From a virus (taxonomy: Duplodnaviria > Caudoviricetes): a stretch of 34,457 nt of DNA. Positions within the stretch are counted from its first letter, which is position 1; each line of letters begins with the position of its first letter. Positions 1 through 9,948 of the stretch are shown here, in pieces. The stretch lies in IMG/VR virus record IMGVR_UViG_3300017913_000091, positions 1 to 34,457 of that record. The stretch is one strand, 5' to 3'. A program made the translations under genes and the position numbers. The notes beneath the pieces were generated by a model, which made no database searches, was not told the DNA's origin, and saw only the letters and a program-made list of their open reading frames with translations.

Positions 1-9
1 ATAACACAA

Positions 10-204
10 GTGTTGCAAATGTGTCACACCTTGAATGGCTAGGCGATTCGCTGTCCGAGCGCAAGAAAAATCTTTTGTCAACCCCAAGAATCCTCTTGAC
101 ATCCCTTGGGACCCTCCAGATTTCCACTGGTGATTCGCCTCGGGGTGCGCATCCACCCACATCTGCAAAACAAAAAATTTACTTGTGTTGCACAAATGTC
201 ACAC
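10..204. promoter_or_regulatory. Two copies of the imperfect palindrome GTGTTGCA-N4-TGTCACAC (10-29 and 185-204), candidate operator sites
   Basis: gtgttgcaaatgtgtcacac and gtgttgcacaaatgtcacac share all 16 flanking bases; a TTGAC-type -35-like element follows each copy (TTGACA 96-101, TTGACG 223-228). Confidence 0.5.
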
Positions 205-318
205 TAGCGTCTAACTAACCCCTTGACGTACAACAAAAAAGAATCCTTTGAATACAACAAGTTATAAGAATGTTCTCAACTAATAGTTTACAAACGAAAA
301 AAAATGTACCATATGTAA

Positions 319-416
319 GTATAGAGGTACTATACTATAGTATAGACGTAAGTTAAAACTACCCAACATATTACCAGATAGATTACAACTAAAGTTCTAC
401 TATAGTACCTCTATAC
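319..416. repeat. 16-bp perfect inverted repeat with an overlapping 16-bp palindrome upstream of terS
   Basis: gtatagaggtactata (319-334) and tatagtacctctatac (401-416); ctatactatagtatag (330-345) is self-complementary. Confidence 0.8.
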
Positions 417-449
417 AGCTTTCCATTTTTATTTAGGTGTTGTTGTTCT

Positions 450-839
450 ATGGACAAACTAAAGTATAGCGAAACAATCGCAAAAGCTGTCCGTACAGGC
501 ATCCGTAATGGTGTTGCTGTTAAGGACATTATGGCATCCATTCAAAAATACCAACAGGCCCCAAGTTCATCTGCTACATTTTATAAGTTGTATGGTGATG
601 ACATTGCTCAAGAACGAGCAGAGATTGTTGGGTTGATTGGTTCTGTTGTAATCCAACAGGCAATGGATGGCGACTTTAAGGCTGCTGAGTTTTACTTACG
701 GTCTAAAGGTGGCTGGTCGCCCACACAAACGAACATTGAGGTTGAAGGCTCTGGTGATGCTGATGAGGACACAGGGGCTATTGACAGCCTGATGTCTTTA
801 CTAGGCAAATCAAATGAGTCTCCCGATAACAGCGAATGA
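450..839 (+). CDS. terS: Terminase small subunit (putative)
   Basis: 129 aa, overlaps the terL start; AMDGDFKAAEFYLRSKGGW resembles a common TerS motif; position. Confidence 0.75.
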   Translation: MDKLKYSETIAKAVRTGIRNGVAVKDIMASIQKYQQAPSSSATFYKLYGDDIAQERAEIVGLIGSVVIQQAMDGDFKAAEFYLRSKGGWSPTQTNIEVEGSGDADEDTGAIDSLMSLLGKSNESPDNSE

Positions 840-2166
840 CCTACGAGCATTACCCGATGCAGAAGTAGCAGAAATCCTAAAGAAGCTAGGACCAAAGCAA
901 GCAGAAGAACTACGGTATAACTGGGAGTTCTGGGCTAGACCAGATCAGTTAGAACCCAAAGGTGATTGGAACGCTTGGTTGGCTCTTGCTGGTCGTGGAT
1001 GGGGTAAAACCCGTGCTGGTTCCGAGTGGGTAAGACATAGGATCAAAAAAGGTGACAAGATCGTTCATTGTGTTGCTCCTACTAAGGGTGATGTTCGTCG
1101 TGTTATGGTTGAAGGTGATAGCGGATTACTTAACGTTTGTTGGTCAGGTGATAAAACCTACCGAGGCAAACCCCTCGGTTTCCCTGTATGGTCCCCTACT
1201 AACAATACTCTGACATGGGAAAACGGTGCTAAGGCCGTATTTTTCTCTGCGGAGGACCCTGAGCGTCTACGTGGTCCACAGGCTTATTCAGCTTGGACGG
1301 ACGAGTTGTGTGCTTGGAGAAACGCCCAAGAAACTTGGGACATGATGATGTTTGGCCTACGTTTGGGTAAAAAGCCGCAAGTTTTTATCACAACTACGCC
1401 AAAAACTACAAAATTACTTAGAACTATTATTTCTGACCCCAAAACGCATATTTCTAAGGGTTCTACGTTTGATAACGCAGCAAACCTTGCAGATACGTTT
1501 CTTGATGCGGTCAAAAAGACTTATGAAGGTACCCGATTGGGTCGCCAAGAACTTTACGCAGAAGTGTTAGACGAAGCCTCTGGAGCCTTATGGAACAGAG
1601 AGTTGTTGTTTAAGTGTGAAGTCGATAGAGATGATATTCCCCCACTTAGTCGCATTGTTGTTGCAGTAGACCCTGCGATTACTAATAAGACAGACAGTGA
1701 CATGACTGGTATTATTGTTGCTGGCATAGATCAGGACGGTATTGCTTATGTCCTAGAGGATCACACAGATAACTACAGCCCTAAAGAGTGGGCATCCAAG
1801 GCTATTGAACTTTATCACACACATATGGCAGACCGTATTGTTGCAGAGCGCAACCAAGGCGGTGACATGGTTCGTCACACACTGCAAACCGAAGATGAAA
1901 ACGTCCCGATTAAGCTAGTACATGCTAGTCGTGGTAAGATGGCACGGGCTGAACCTGTGTCTGCACTATACGAACAAGGCAAAGTAAAGCATGTCAAGGG
2001 ACTTAACGACTTAGAAGATCAGATGGTACAGTGGGAACCTTTAGGGTCCATAGGCTCACCAGACCGTCTTGATGCTATGGTATGGGCTTTAACGGACCTC
2101 TCACTGAACGGATACGCAAAACCACAACTAATACTAGCGTACTCCAATGCCAAAGGTTTAAGGTAA
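814..2166 (+). CDS. terL: Terminase large subunit
   Basis: Walker A AGRGWGKT, RLRG..WTDE Walker B, TTTP motif, nuclease VAVDPA and PDRLDA. Confidence 0.97.
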   Translation: MSLPITANDLRALPDAEVAEILKKLGPKQAEELRYNWEFWARPDQLEPKGDWNAWLALAGRGWGKTRAGSEWVRHRIKKGDKIVHCVAPTKGDVRRVMVEGDSGLLNVCWSGDKTYRGKPLGFPVWSPTNNTLTWENGAKAVFFSAEDPERLRGPQAYSAWTDELCAWRNAQETWDMMMFGLRLGKKPQVFITTTPKTTKLLRTIISDPKTHISKGSTFDNAANLADTFLDAVKKTYEGTRLGRQELYAEVLDEASGALWNRELLFKCEVDRDDIPPLSRIVVAVDPAITNKTDSDMTGIIVAGIDQDGIAYVLEDHTDNYSPKEWASKAIELYHTHMADRIVAERNQGGDMVRHTLQTEDENVPIKLVHASRGKMARAEPVSALYEQGKVKHVKGLNDLEDQMVQWEPLGSIGSPDRLDAMVWALTDLSLNGYAKPQLILAYSNAKGLR

Positions 2167-2167
2167 A

Positions 2168-3514
2168 ATGGTAAAGAAACTCTCAACTACGGAGGCAACC
2201 CAAGTTCTGGGTATTGCTGGCGATAATACACATAACGGTCAAATCCGTGCTGACGAGTTTCTAGCTGAATTACGTGGCAAAAAGGCTATCAATAAGTTCC
2301 GTGAGATGCGTGATAACGACAGTACCATTGGTGCGGTTATGTACGCAACTGAGCAAGTATTGCGTGACGTTGAACTAAAGGTAGAACCAGCCAATGACAC
2401 AGAAGCCGCCAAGAAAGAAGCGGAGTATGTTAAGTCCGTGCTTGAGGACATGGAACATTCTCTTGATGATCACGTGGCTGAGGCTCTCTCTAGCCTATCT
2501 TACGGCTTCGCATGGTTTGAGGTTGTTTATAAGCGGCGTGTGGGGCCTAGTGAGACTAATCCCAAGAAGCGTTCTAAGTATTCTGATGGTCGTATGGGTG
2601 TGCGTAAGATCGCTATTCGTGCGCCGTGGACGGTAAGTCGTTTTGAAGTAGATAAGCAAACAGGCGAAGTATTGGGGGTCTACCAAGAAGGTAGTTATGC
2701 TGGAACAAATAAGCACTTTATCCCTAGTCGCAAAAGCCTTTACTATCGCACTACTACAATTAATGGTGACCCTGCTGGGCGTAGCATCCTTCGCAACGCT
2801 TATACTAGCTATCAGTATCTTAACAATCTACAAGCTATTGAAGCGATTGCAGTGGAACGTGAACTTGCAGGTATTCCTGTTGCTCGTATTCCTAGTGAGT
2901 ACCTGTCTGCTGATGCTACCGCTGCCCAAGCGGCCTTCGTTGCCAACTTGCAGCAGATTTTGCGTGACGTTAAGTTTAACGAGCAAGGATACATCATCAC
3001 ACCATCTGACACGTACCCCGATAGTAACGGAAGTCCTACCAACATTAGATTAGTTGATGTTGAGTTGATGGCCTCAAACGGCAAACGTAACATCGACATT
3101 GACCCTATTGTACGTAGGTACCAACATGATATTGCACGTAGTGTGCTTTCAGAGTTTCTTATGCTTGGTAGCCAAGGTGGATCATATGCCTTGTCCAAGT
3201 CTAAGACAGACCTGTTCCTCCGAGCCTTGGAGTCCTATATACAAGCTATCGTTGATGTTCTCAATAAACAGTTGATTGAACGTCTGTGGGAGTTGAACGG
3301 TCTGAACTATGACCTCATGCCAGTCGTTAAAGCTGGTGATGTCGCTCCACATGATCTTCGTGAGATTGCTGGATTCCTGCGTAACCTCAACGGCGCAGAC
3401 ATTAACGTGGCAGATCATCCAGAGGTTATCCAAAACCTTATGGATATTGCTGAACTCAATTATGACCCTGACGTTGGGGTTGATAAAGAAACAAAAGAAC
3501 AGGAAACAGAATAA
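2168..3514 (+). CDS. Portal protein
   Basis: 448 aa directly after terL; YGFAWFEVVYK, GDPAGRSILR and GSYALS motifs typical of DUF935-like portals. Confidence 0.9.
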   Translation: MVKKLSTTEATQVLGIAGDNTHNGQIRADEFLAELRGKKAINKFREMRDNDSTIGAVMYATEQVLRDVELKVEPANDTEAAKKEAEYVKSVLEDMEHSLDDHVAEALSSLSYGFAWFEVVYKRRVGPSETNPKKRSKYSDGRMGVRKIAIRAPWTVSRFEVDKQTGEVLGVYQEGSYAGTNKHFIPSRKSLYYRTTTINGDPAGRSILRNAYTSYQYLNNLQAIEAIAVERELAGIPVARIPSEYLSADATAAQAAFVANLQQILRDVKFNEQGYIITPSDTYPDSNGSPTNIRLVDVELMASNGKRNIDIDPIVRRYQHDIARSVLSEFLMLGSQGGSYALSKSKTDLFLRALESYIQAIVDVLNKQLIERLWELNGLNYDLMPVVKAGDVAPHDLREIAGFLRNLNGADINVADHPEVIQNLMDIAELNYDPDVGVDKETKEQETE

Positions 3515-3885
3515 TGGCATTTTTAAATGACCGTGTTTTTGACAATGGACTAACCATCCTTGACACAGAAGCTAATGCGATCCACGTGACTTCGCAAGAG
3601 GCAGCAGACTACACAGAAGCAACATCAACATACACACTAGGTAATTCTACATCACTTTCTATCGGTGCACCTGCTGACCGTACAGGTGGTGGACGTAAAG
3701 TAACAGTGGCAGCTATCGCAGACGGCTCTATCACAGGTGACGGAACAGTTACTCACTACGCTATTGTTGATACAACGAACTCTCGTTTGCTTGCTACTGC
3801 TGCTCTAACAGCATCACAATCGGTTACTAACGGAAACACATTTACGTTGGCAACATTTGATATTGGTATCCCTGACCCATCATAA
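3514..3885 (+). CDS. Small beta-rich virion structural protein (putative fibre subunit)
   Basis: 123 aa, Thr/Ala/Gly-rich, GTVTHYAIVD and VTNGNTFTL motifs; translationally coupled to the portal gene. Confidence 0.6.
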   Translation: MAFLNDRVFDNGLTILDTEANAIHVTSQEAADYTEATSTYTLGNSTSLSIGAPADRTGGGRKVTVAAIADGSITGDGTVTHYAIVDTTNSRLLATAALTASQSVTNGNTFTLATFDIGIPDPS

Positions 3886-3894
3886 GGTTAAACT

Positions 3895-5742
3895 ATGGCA
3901 CTTGTAATTAAAGATCGTGTAAAAGAGACCACTACAACTACTGGTACTGGTGCTTACACATTGGCAGGTGCCGAGCAAGGGTACCAAGCCTTTTCAGTAA
4001 TTGGGGATGGTAATACTACATACTACACTTGTACTGACAACTCTGAGTGGGAAGTTGGTATAGGTACGTATACAGCATCGGGTACAACCCTAGCACGTAC
4101 TACCATCCTGTCGTCCTCTAATTCTGGTAATGCAGTAAACTGGGGTTCAGGTGAGAAGTTTATCTTTGTCACTCAACCAGCCTCTAAAGCTAACTACTTG
4201 GATGCTGACGGTTACATTACTGGTACAGAGGTTAAGACACACATTGACCTAAACACTACTACAGGTAATAAACCTTCACATGCAGAAGGTCGTCTATTCT
4301 ATGACGATGCTTTCGGCGCACTAGCGTTCTACAATGACGAAGCTGATATTACCCTACAGATTGGTCAAGAAGATTACATCCGTGTCTACAATGACACAGG
4401 CTCAACAATTTCTAACGGCTCTGTTGTATATCTAACAGGTGAATCTGGTGCAACGCCTACTATTGCGCTTGCTACAGCTAGTGGTACTTACGAACAATCA
4501 CAGGCAGTTGGTCTTGCAACACACGACATTGAAAATGCAAGCGTTGGCTATGTAACTACACGGGGCCTAATTGGGGATGCAAATACGGCACACCTAACTG
4601 TCGGTGAACACGTACACGTTGGTACAACCGCAGGTTCAACACAGACTGCCGCACCTACGTATCCTAACTACGCTACTGACGTTGGTATCTGTCTTATCTC
4701 TCACGCATCCGCTGGTTGTATTTACGTAAATGTGCAGACACATGCGTTTGAGACATTCCGTTCAGCAGGTAACTCTCACTTTGATGCAGACGTTACTATT
4801 GAGGGTGACCTTACTGTTAATGGTACTCAGACGATTACCAACAGTAACAACATCTCTTTGTCGGGTTCGTTTAACTACTTTAACTCTGGTGACACAATCA
4901 CAAACCCTACCTTTACTGGTAGCGGTCTGGACGACTTAGAGTTCAAGGGTCACTATAACGGTTCATCCTCTAACAAGACTTTCTCTGTAAAGATTACAAC
5001 AGAGGCTCATGGTCAAGACGATGACTTTTTCCGTTGGTCTACTGACAACTTTACAACACAGTCTGCTGAGATTGAGATCACAGGTGACGAACAAGAGTTA
5101 GAAGATGGTATAAGTGTTAAATTCAACGCTGTTGACGGACACACACTTAATGACCGATGGGATGGTACAGCGTCCCCAGTAAACGTAGATACAGGTATCG
5201 CCTCTAACCGTAACACTGGTACATCTGGTGTCGGTTATACGCACATTGGTATGTACTACGATGTTTCTACTGGGTACTGGACGTTCTTTGATGAATACTC
5301 ACCAGAGCCAGAAGGTACTATTGATGTTGATCATAGTAGTTTTGAGTATGGCACAGTAAAAGCTGCCACATTCATTGGTAACCTCACTGGCACAGTAACA
5401 GGTAACGCATCTAGTGCTACAGGTCTAGCTGCTGCTGCAAACATTGCTTTGACTGGCGATGTTACAGGTAACGTGGATTTTGACGGCACAGATGACGTAA
5501 GTATCACAACTACCGTCGCTAACGATAGTCACACACACGACACACAATACGTTAAGCTAGACGGTTCTAACAGTATGACAGGTACCTTAAATGTGCCTAC
5601 TGTTGATTTAGGTGACTGGACTATCACAGAATCAGGTGGCAACCTAATCTTCCAATACCAAGGAACAACTAAGTTTAGCATGAACTCTAGTGGCACAATG
5701 TCTGTCGCTAATGACGTAGAAACTGACGCAACTTTCACTTAA
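3895..5742 (+). CDS. Fibre-type virion structural protein
   Basis: 615 aa; N-terminus MALVIKDRVKETTTTTGTG typical of phage fibre proteins; Gly/Thr-rich beta segments such as FIGNLTGTVTGNASSAT. Confidence 0.75.
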   Translation: MALVIKDRVKETTTTTGTGAYTLAGAEQGYQAFSVIGDGNTTYYTCTDNSEWEVGIGTYTASGTTLARTTILSSSNSGNAVNWGSGEKFIFVTQPASKANYLDADGYITGTEVKTHIDLNTTTGNKPSHAEGRLFYDDAFGALAFYNDEADITLQIGQEDYIRVYNDTGSTISNGSVVYLTGESGATPTIALATASGTYEQSQAVGLATHDIENASVGYVTTRGLIGDANTAHLTVGEHVHVGTTAGSTQTAAPTYPNYATDVGICLISHASAGCIYVNVQTHAFETFRSAGNSHFDADVTIEGDLTVNGTQTITNSNNISLSGSFNYFNSGDTITNPTFTGSGLDDLEFKGHYNGSSSNKTFSVKITTEAHGQDDDFFRWSTDNFTTQSAEIEITGDEQELEDGISVKFNAVDGHTLNDRWDGTASPVNVDTGIASNRNTGTSGVGYTHIGMYYDVSTGYWTFFDEYSPEPEGTIDVDHSSFEYGTVKAATFIGNLTGTVTGNASSATGLAAAANIALTGDVTGNVDFDGTDDVSITTTVANDSHTHDTQYVKLDGSNSMTGTLNVPTVDLGDWTITESGGNLIFQYQGTTKFSMNSSGTMSVANDVETDATFT

Positions 5743-5778
5743 TAAAAACAATAATAAGCTAATAGTGGGAACACGAAG

Positions 5779-7791
5779 ATGGCAGTAAAGATTAATGGTG
5801 TAACGGTTATTGATGATAGTCGAAACATTACAACTGACGTAGGCACCATTGATGGTCGCAATGTTGCAACAGATGGTCAAAAACTTGACGGTATTGACGC
5901 TGGTGCTGACGTAACTGCTGACAACCTATCTTCCGCATTAACTGGCTTAGGTACAACAACCGATGTCACTGGTAGTGATATTGTTGCGGTGTATGACGAC
6001 AGTGCTTCTACTTGGAAGAAAGCAACAATCACCAACGCTGCCTTACAAGGCCAAAAGGGACAAAAGGGTGAGACTGGAGCAACAGGTACTACAGGCTCTA
6101 CAGGTGCTAAAGGTCAAAAAGGTGAAGTAGGTGTTACTGGCTCTACAGGTGCTACTGGACCTACAGGTGCTACTGGTAACGTTGGCCCTAAAGGTCAAAA
6201 AGGTGAGGTTGGCGCAACAGGTGCTACTGGCTCTACTGGTCAAAAGGGACAGAAGGGTGAAGTAGGCTCTACAGGTGCTACTGGTTCTACTGGTGCTAAA
6301 GGACAAAAGGGTGAGACTGGAGCAACAGGCGCTACAGGTTCTACAGGTGCTAAAGGTCAGAAGGGCGAAGTAGGTGCCACTGGCTCTACTGGTGCTTCAG
6401 GTACTAACGGTGCTAAAGGTCAGAAGGGCGAAGTAGGCGCTACAGGTTCTACAGGCTCTACTGGTCAAAAGGGACAGAAGGGTGAAGTAGGCTCTACAGG
6501 TGCTACTGGTTCTACAGGCTCTACTGGACCTACAGGTGCTAAAGGTCAAAAGGGTGAGACTGGTGCTACTGGCTCTACAGGTGCTACTGGCTCTGCTGGT
6601 TCTACTGGTGCTAAAGGTCAAAAAGGTGAAGTAGGTGCTACTGGCTCTACAGGCTCCACTGGACCTACAGGTTCTACTGGACCTACAGGTGCTAAAGGAC
6701 AAAAGGGACAGACGGGTGCTACAGGCTCTACAGGTTCTACTGGACCTACAGGTTCTAAAGGCCAAAAGGGACAGACTGGTGCTACAGGCTCTACTGGCTC
6801 TACTGGTCAAAAGGGACAAAAGGGGCAGACAGGTGCCACAGGTTCTACTGGCTCTACTGGTGCTAAAGGACAAAAGGGACAGAAGGGTGCTACAGGTTCT
6901 ACAGGTGCTACTGGTGCTACTGGTCCCGCAGGTCCAAACGGTGGCTCATCCCACTACGTAAACGAGGGTAACAACTACTCTAAATACCGTTTGTGGGGTA
7001 ACAGTAGTACATACGGTATCGGCATGTACTCTGGTCAGACACACGGCGACCTAAACGACTACGGCATGACGTTCCAGATGAATGACGACAATGATCGTGG
7101 TTTTATCTGGCGTGATAGTGCAATGTCAGCATCACAAGCTGCTATGTCGTTGTCTACCCGTGGTCGTCTGACTGTATCTGATACACTTAAAGTTGGTTAT
7201 GGTGTCTCTGATACTGGTGGTACGTCTTATGACCTACAGGTTTCTGGTAACTCTTATGTAACTGGGGACATGTACGTTGGTGACCAGATCATTCACATTG
7301 GTGACACCAACACGTACACACAGTTCCACGCAGCAGACCAATGGCGTGTTGTTACAGGTGGTACAGAGCGATTTGAAGTAAACAACAGTCAAATCTATGC
7401 AACCAGACAAATCAGATGTACTCAGAACATCACAGCTTATTATTCTGATGATAGACTAAAGACTAAAGTTGGGCCTATTTCAGATGCACTTGATAAGTTA
7501 AAGACCCTTGAGGGTTTCTACTATGTAGAGAATGACCTTGCAAAAGCATACGGCTACGAAACAGAAGGTCTACAAGTTGCTCTATCGGCTCAAGATGTTG
7601 AAGAAGTTTTGCCAGAGGTTGTACACCCAGCACCTTTCGATGTAGATGTTGACCCCAATGGAAATCAGTATTCCAAGAGTGGGGAAAACTATATCACTAT
7701 TGATTACGCAAAGATGGTGCCACTACTTGTGGAGGCAATTAAAGACCTCAGTGATGAGTTAGAGGAATTAAAAAATGGCATTACAAACTAG
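5779..7791 (+). CDS. Collagen-like fibre protein with C-terminal peptidase S74 intramolecular chaperone
   Basis: 99 contiguous Gly-X-Y triplets; SDDRLK autocleavage motif, [12 protein letters not shown] and [17 protein letters not shown] coiled coil. Confidence 0.93.
   Translation: MAVKINGVTVIDDSRNITTDVGTIDGRNVATDGQKLDGIDAGADVTADNLSSALTGLGTTTDVTGSDIVAVYDDSASTWKKATITNAALQGQKGQKGETGATGTTGSTGAKGQKGEVGVTGSTGATGPTGATGNVGPKGQKGEVGATGATGSTGQKGQKGEVGSTGATGSTGAKGQKGETGATGATGSTGAKGQKGEVGATGSTGASGTNGAKGQKGEVGATGSTGSTGQKGQKGEVGSTGATGSTGSTGPTGAKGQKGETGATGSTGATGSAGSTGAKGQKGEVGATGSTGSTGPTGSTGPTGAKGQKGQTGATGSTGSTGPTGSKGQKGQTGATGSTGSTGQKGQKGQTGATGSTGSTGAKGQKGQKGATGSTGATGATGPAGPNGGSSHYVNEGNNYSKYRLWGNSSTYGIGMYSGQTHGDLNDYGMTFQMNDDNDRGFIWRDSAMSASQAAMSLSTRGRLTVSDTLKVGYGVSDTGGTSYDLQVSGNSYVTGDMYVGDQIIHIGDTNTYTQFHAADQWRVVTGGTERFEVNNSQIYATRQIRCTQNITAYYSDDRLKTKVGPISDALDKLKTLEGFYYVENDLAKAYGYETEGLQVALSAQDVEEVLPEVVHPAPFDVDVDPNGNQYSKSGENYITIDYAKMVPLLVEAIKDLSDELEELKNGITN
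6049..6939 (+). repeat. Collagen triple-helix repeat: 14 modules of GxKGQK-G(E/Q)x followed by 3-6 mostly GxT triplets
   Basis: Counted from the translation: 297 aa; Y position = 57 Thr, 29 Lys, 13 other; all 8 Pro at X. Confidence 0.97.
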
Positions 7792-8455
7792 CGGTGCAAT
7801 ATCTCTAAACGACATTCACCTTGAAGCGGGAGGTTCTTCTGGGACCACCGCATCTTTGAACGACAGTGATATTCGTGGTTTGATCAGTAAGGCTTCTGGC
7901 GCACAAAGTTCTTTCTCTGAGTTCTATGGGGCATCTGGGGAATACTTTGAAACTTTTTCTAGTAATATTACTTGGTCTTACGATTCCAAGAATGATTGGT
8001 ACGATGTCGAGTTTGGCAGCACGTTGGGGTATGATCCCAGTAACGTCTACGCAACTGGCCAATCACAAAGAAGAATCATTACAGCAACTACCTCAGGTGC
8101 GGCTCAAGGGACTAATCACTATCTAAGATTGGACCCCGATGGGAATTTCGATTGGTTTTTTGAAGATGGCGGCACAGGGTTTTCCGATCCCTACCCGATT
8201 CAGTCACAGCACAGCAACTTCCAGACTTGGTGGGATACCATTGATGTATACAACACAAACGTCAATTCAAGTGGGGTTTGGTTTACTATCAATAGGAATA
8301 ACATATTTGACCCGAACACAAGCGCAAACATTCGTCTGAGCAATAGTTCTATGAGCCAGATTAATCCAAATACGGTTAATGACACCAAGATGGGTTCTAG
8401 TTCAAACGCTACTAACTTTTCTTTTGTGATTAACTACAATACCGAACCATCATAG
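7775..8455 (+). CDS. Putative fibre-tip adhesin / receptor-binding protein
   Basis: N-terminus [14 protein letters not shown]...SFSEFYG is typical of genes following S74 fibres; aromatic, Asn/Ser-rich C-terminus. Confidence 0.6.
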   Translation: MALQTSGAISLNDIHLEAGGSSGTTASLNDSDIRGLISKASGAQSSFSEFYGASGEYFETFSSNITWSYDSKNDWYDVEFGSTLGYDPSNVYATGQSQRRIITATTSGAAQGTNHYLRLDPDGNFDWFFEDGGTGFSDPYPIQSQHSNFQTWWDTIDVYNTNVNSSGVWFTINRNNIFDPNTSANIRLSNSSMSQINPNTVNDTKMGSSSNATNFSFVINYNTEPS

Positions 8456-8463
8456 GGGGCAAA

Positions 8464-8982
8464 ATGTTACAACCAGAGCATTTATCTTTCAGGCTCTCCA
8501 AAACAGTGTCAGACTCTCTAATGGAGTTTGCACTAAATGATAGCATTGTACCCGCAAAACATGCCTTACGTCACTTGGACCGTGTTAAAACAGATGAGGA
8601 AGTTGTAAGTTTTTGGAAAAGAGTAACAAGGACTGTGGCAAGCAAACCAAACGGTTACTTTATACACTATGAATACAAAGGTAAAAGTAATGGTTTTGGT
8701 TTTGCAGAGTTTAAAGGGGATGTATTTTATGCCTACGGAGGATTCTTTGGCCCCATAAACGGTTCGAGAAAATATGGTATACAAAAAGAATGGTGGAACG
8801 CTATCGCAGACTTCGCTAAATCGGAGGGCTTCTCAGAGTTGCGCTTTGATGTTAGAAAGGGTAGTACGCTTTTATCCGCTTGCGAGATAGTCGCCCCGAA
8901 GTTAAAATACCCTTGTGAAATAGATAAAGCAGATCGACGTGCTGATTCAACTTATACATGTTTTAGAATTTACCTAGACTAA
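8464..8982 (+). CDS. Hypothetical protein, possibly GNAT-like fold
   Basis: 172 aa; pattern GFAEF...RKYGIQKEWWNAIADFAKSEGFSELRFDV loosely resembles GNAT motifs A/B. Confidence 0.4.
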   Translation: MLQPEHLSFRLSKTVSDSLMEFALNDSIVPAKHALRHLDRVKTDEEVVSFWKRVTRTVASKPNGYFIHYEYKGKSNGFGFAEFKGDVFYAYGGFFGPINGSRKYGIQKEWWNAIADFAKSEGFSELRFDVRKGSTLLSACEIVAPKLKYPCEIDKADRRADSTYTCFRIYLD

Positions 8983-9944
8983 TGAGGCTTTACATAAATT
9001 CCCGACAAACGGACCCCTTGTCTTTACCCGCAGTTAGGGATTGGTTAGATAAGAAACCTTTAACTGTGACAACAAGTGGTACTACAGGTCACCCAAAGAC
9101 TGTAACACACTCTTATGAGTTAATGAGGCAAGTTGTAAGCAGTAACATAAAGTCTCTTGGACACCATGAAAACTCTAAGTTATTCTCTATACTAAACCCT
9201 AGAGGTATAGGTTATCAAAGCCTTATGGTTTATGTAGCACTAGAGGCTAACTGCGACCTTTACATAGAGGACTTTAACTTTTCTAATTATGTGGACAGGT
9301 TAAATGAAGTAAAGCCAACCTTCATGGTTATACCACCTAATATTTGGAGGGCCTTACACAAAAGACCTAAGTGGAAAGAATTAGACTTATCCAACATGGA
9401 AACATGTGTTATGGGTGGAGACTTTACACCAAGTGGTGCTTTAGAGGAGTTAAGAACTCACGGCGCACAAAGGGTTGTAAACCTGTACGGCTCTACAGAG
9501 GTCCCACCTGCTGTAATGTTTAGTGAAGAAGAAAACCACTACTCTATTGAGGACACTAATCCAAACTGCCAAATCGCTATATCTGACCGAAACACTTTGT
9601 TGTGTAAGTGGTCAGGGCAAGACGACTGGTGGGACAGTGAGGACCTTGTAGAAGGAACACTAGATAGCTTTACGTTAAAAGGTAGAGAGCGTAACATGTT
9701 CAAGCAAGATGTTACTAGAGTTTACCCAGAGGACGTAGAAAAAACAGCAACAGATTGTGGCGCAAGTTTAGCACTGTGTCGTCAAGAGCAAAACTCTTGT
9801 GTTTTATATTTTGTCGGTAACATGAACAAACGTAGACTACAAGAAAAACTGATACACATTCCTCGACTTAAATTCCGACAAGTTGATGAGATTAAAGTAG
9901 ACAATAACCTGCGAAAAGTAATTCGCAACCAAATTTTGGAGTAA
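8982..9944 (+). CDS. Compact adenylate-forming (ANL / acyl-CoA synthetase-like) enzyme
   Basis: P-loop TTSGTTGHPK, GGD, NLYGSTE, KGR hinge, VYPEDVE and C-terminal Lys (LRKV). Confidence 0.85.
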   Translation: MRLYINSRQTDPLSLPAVRDWLDKKPLTVTTSGTTGHPKTVTHSYELMRQVVSSNIKSLGHHENSKLFSILNPRGIGYQSLMVYVALEANCDLYIEDFNFSNYVDRLNEVKPTFMVIPPNIWRALHKRPKWKELDLSNMETCVMGGDFTPSGALEELRTHGAQRVVNLYGSTEVPPAVMFSEEENHYSIEDTNPNCQIAISDRNTLLCKWSGQDDWWDSEDLVEGTLDSFTLKGRERNMFKQDVTRVYPEDVEKTATDCGASLALCRQEQNSCVLYFVGNMNKRRLQEKLIHIPRLKFRQVDEIKVDNNLRKVIRNQILE

Positions 9945-9948
9945 CCCG

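Noticed and set aside
21-218. 65-aa ORF at the window start
   Set aside because: GTG start without an SD, no motif, and it overlaps the repeated regulatory-like elements
5768-5778. ggaacacgaag, also present at 27857-27867
   Set aside because: The second copy lies in endolysin coding sequence; a single 11-mer match is compatible with chance
6049-6939. DNA repeats as a possible CRISPR array or DGR template/variable pair
   Set aside because: They are in-frame multiples of 9 nt encoding Gly-X-Y, with no unique spacers and no cas or reverse transcriptase gene in the window
6043-6961. Repetitive Ser/Thr/Cys/Arg and Leu/Gln ORFs in other frames
   Set aside because: Shadows of the collagen repeat
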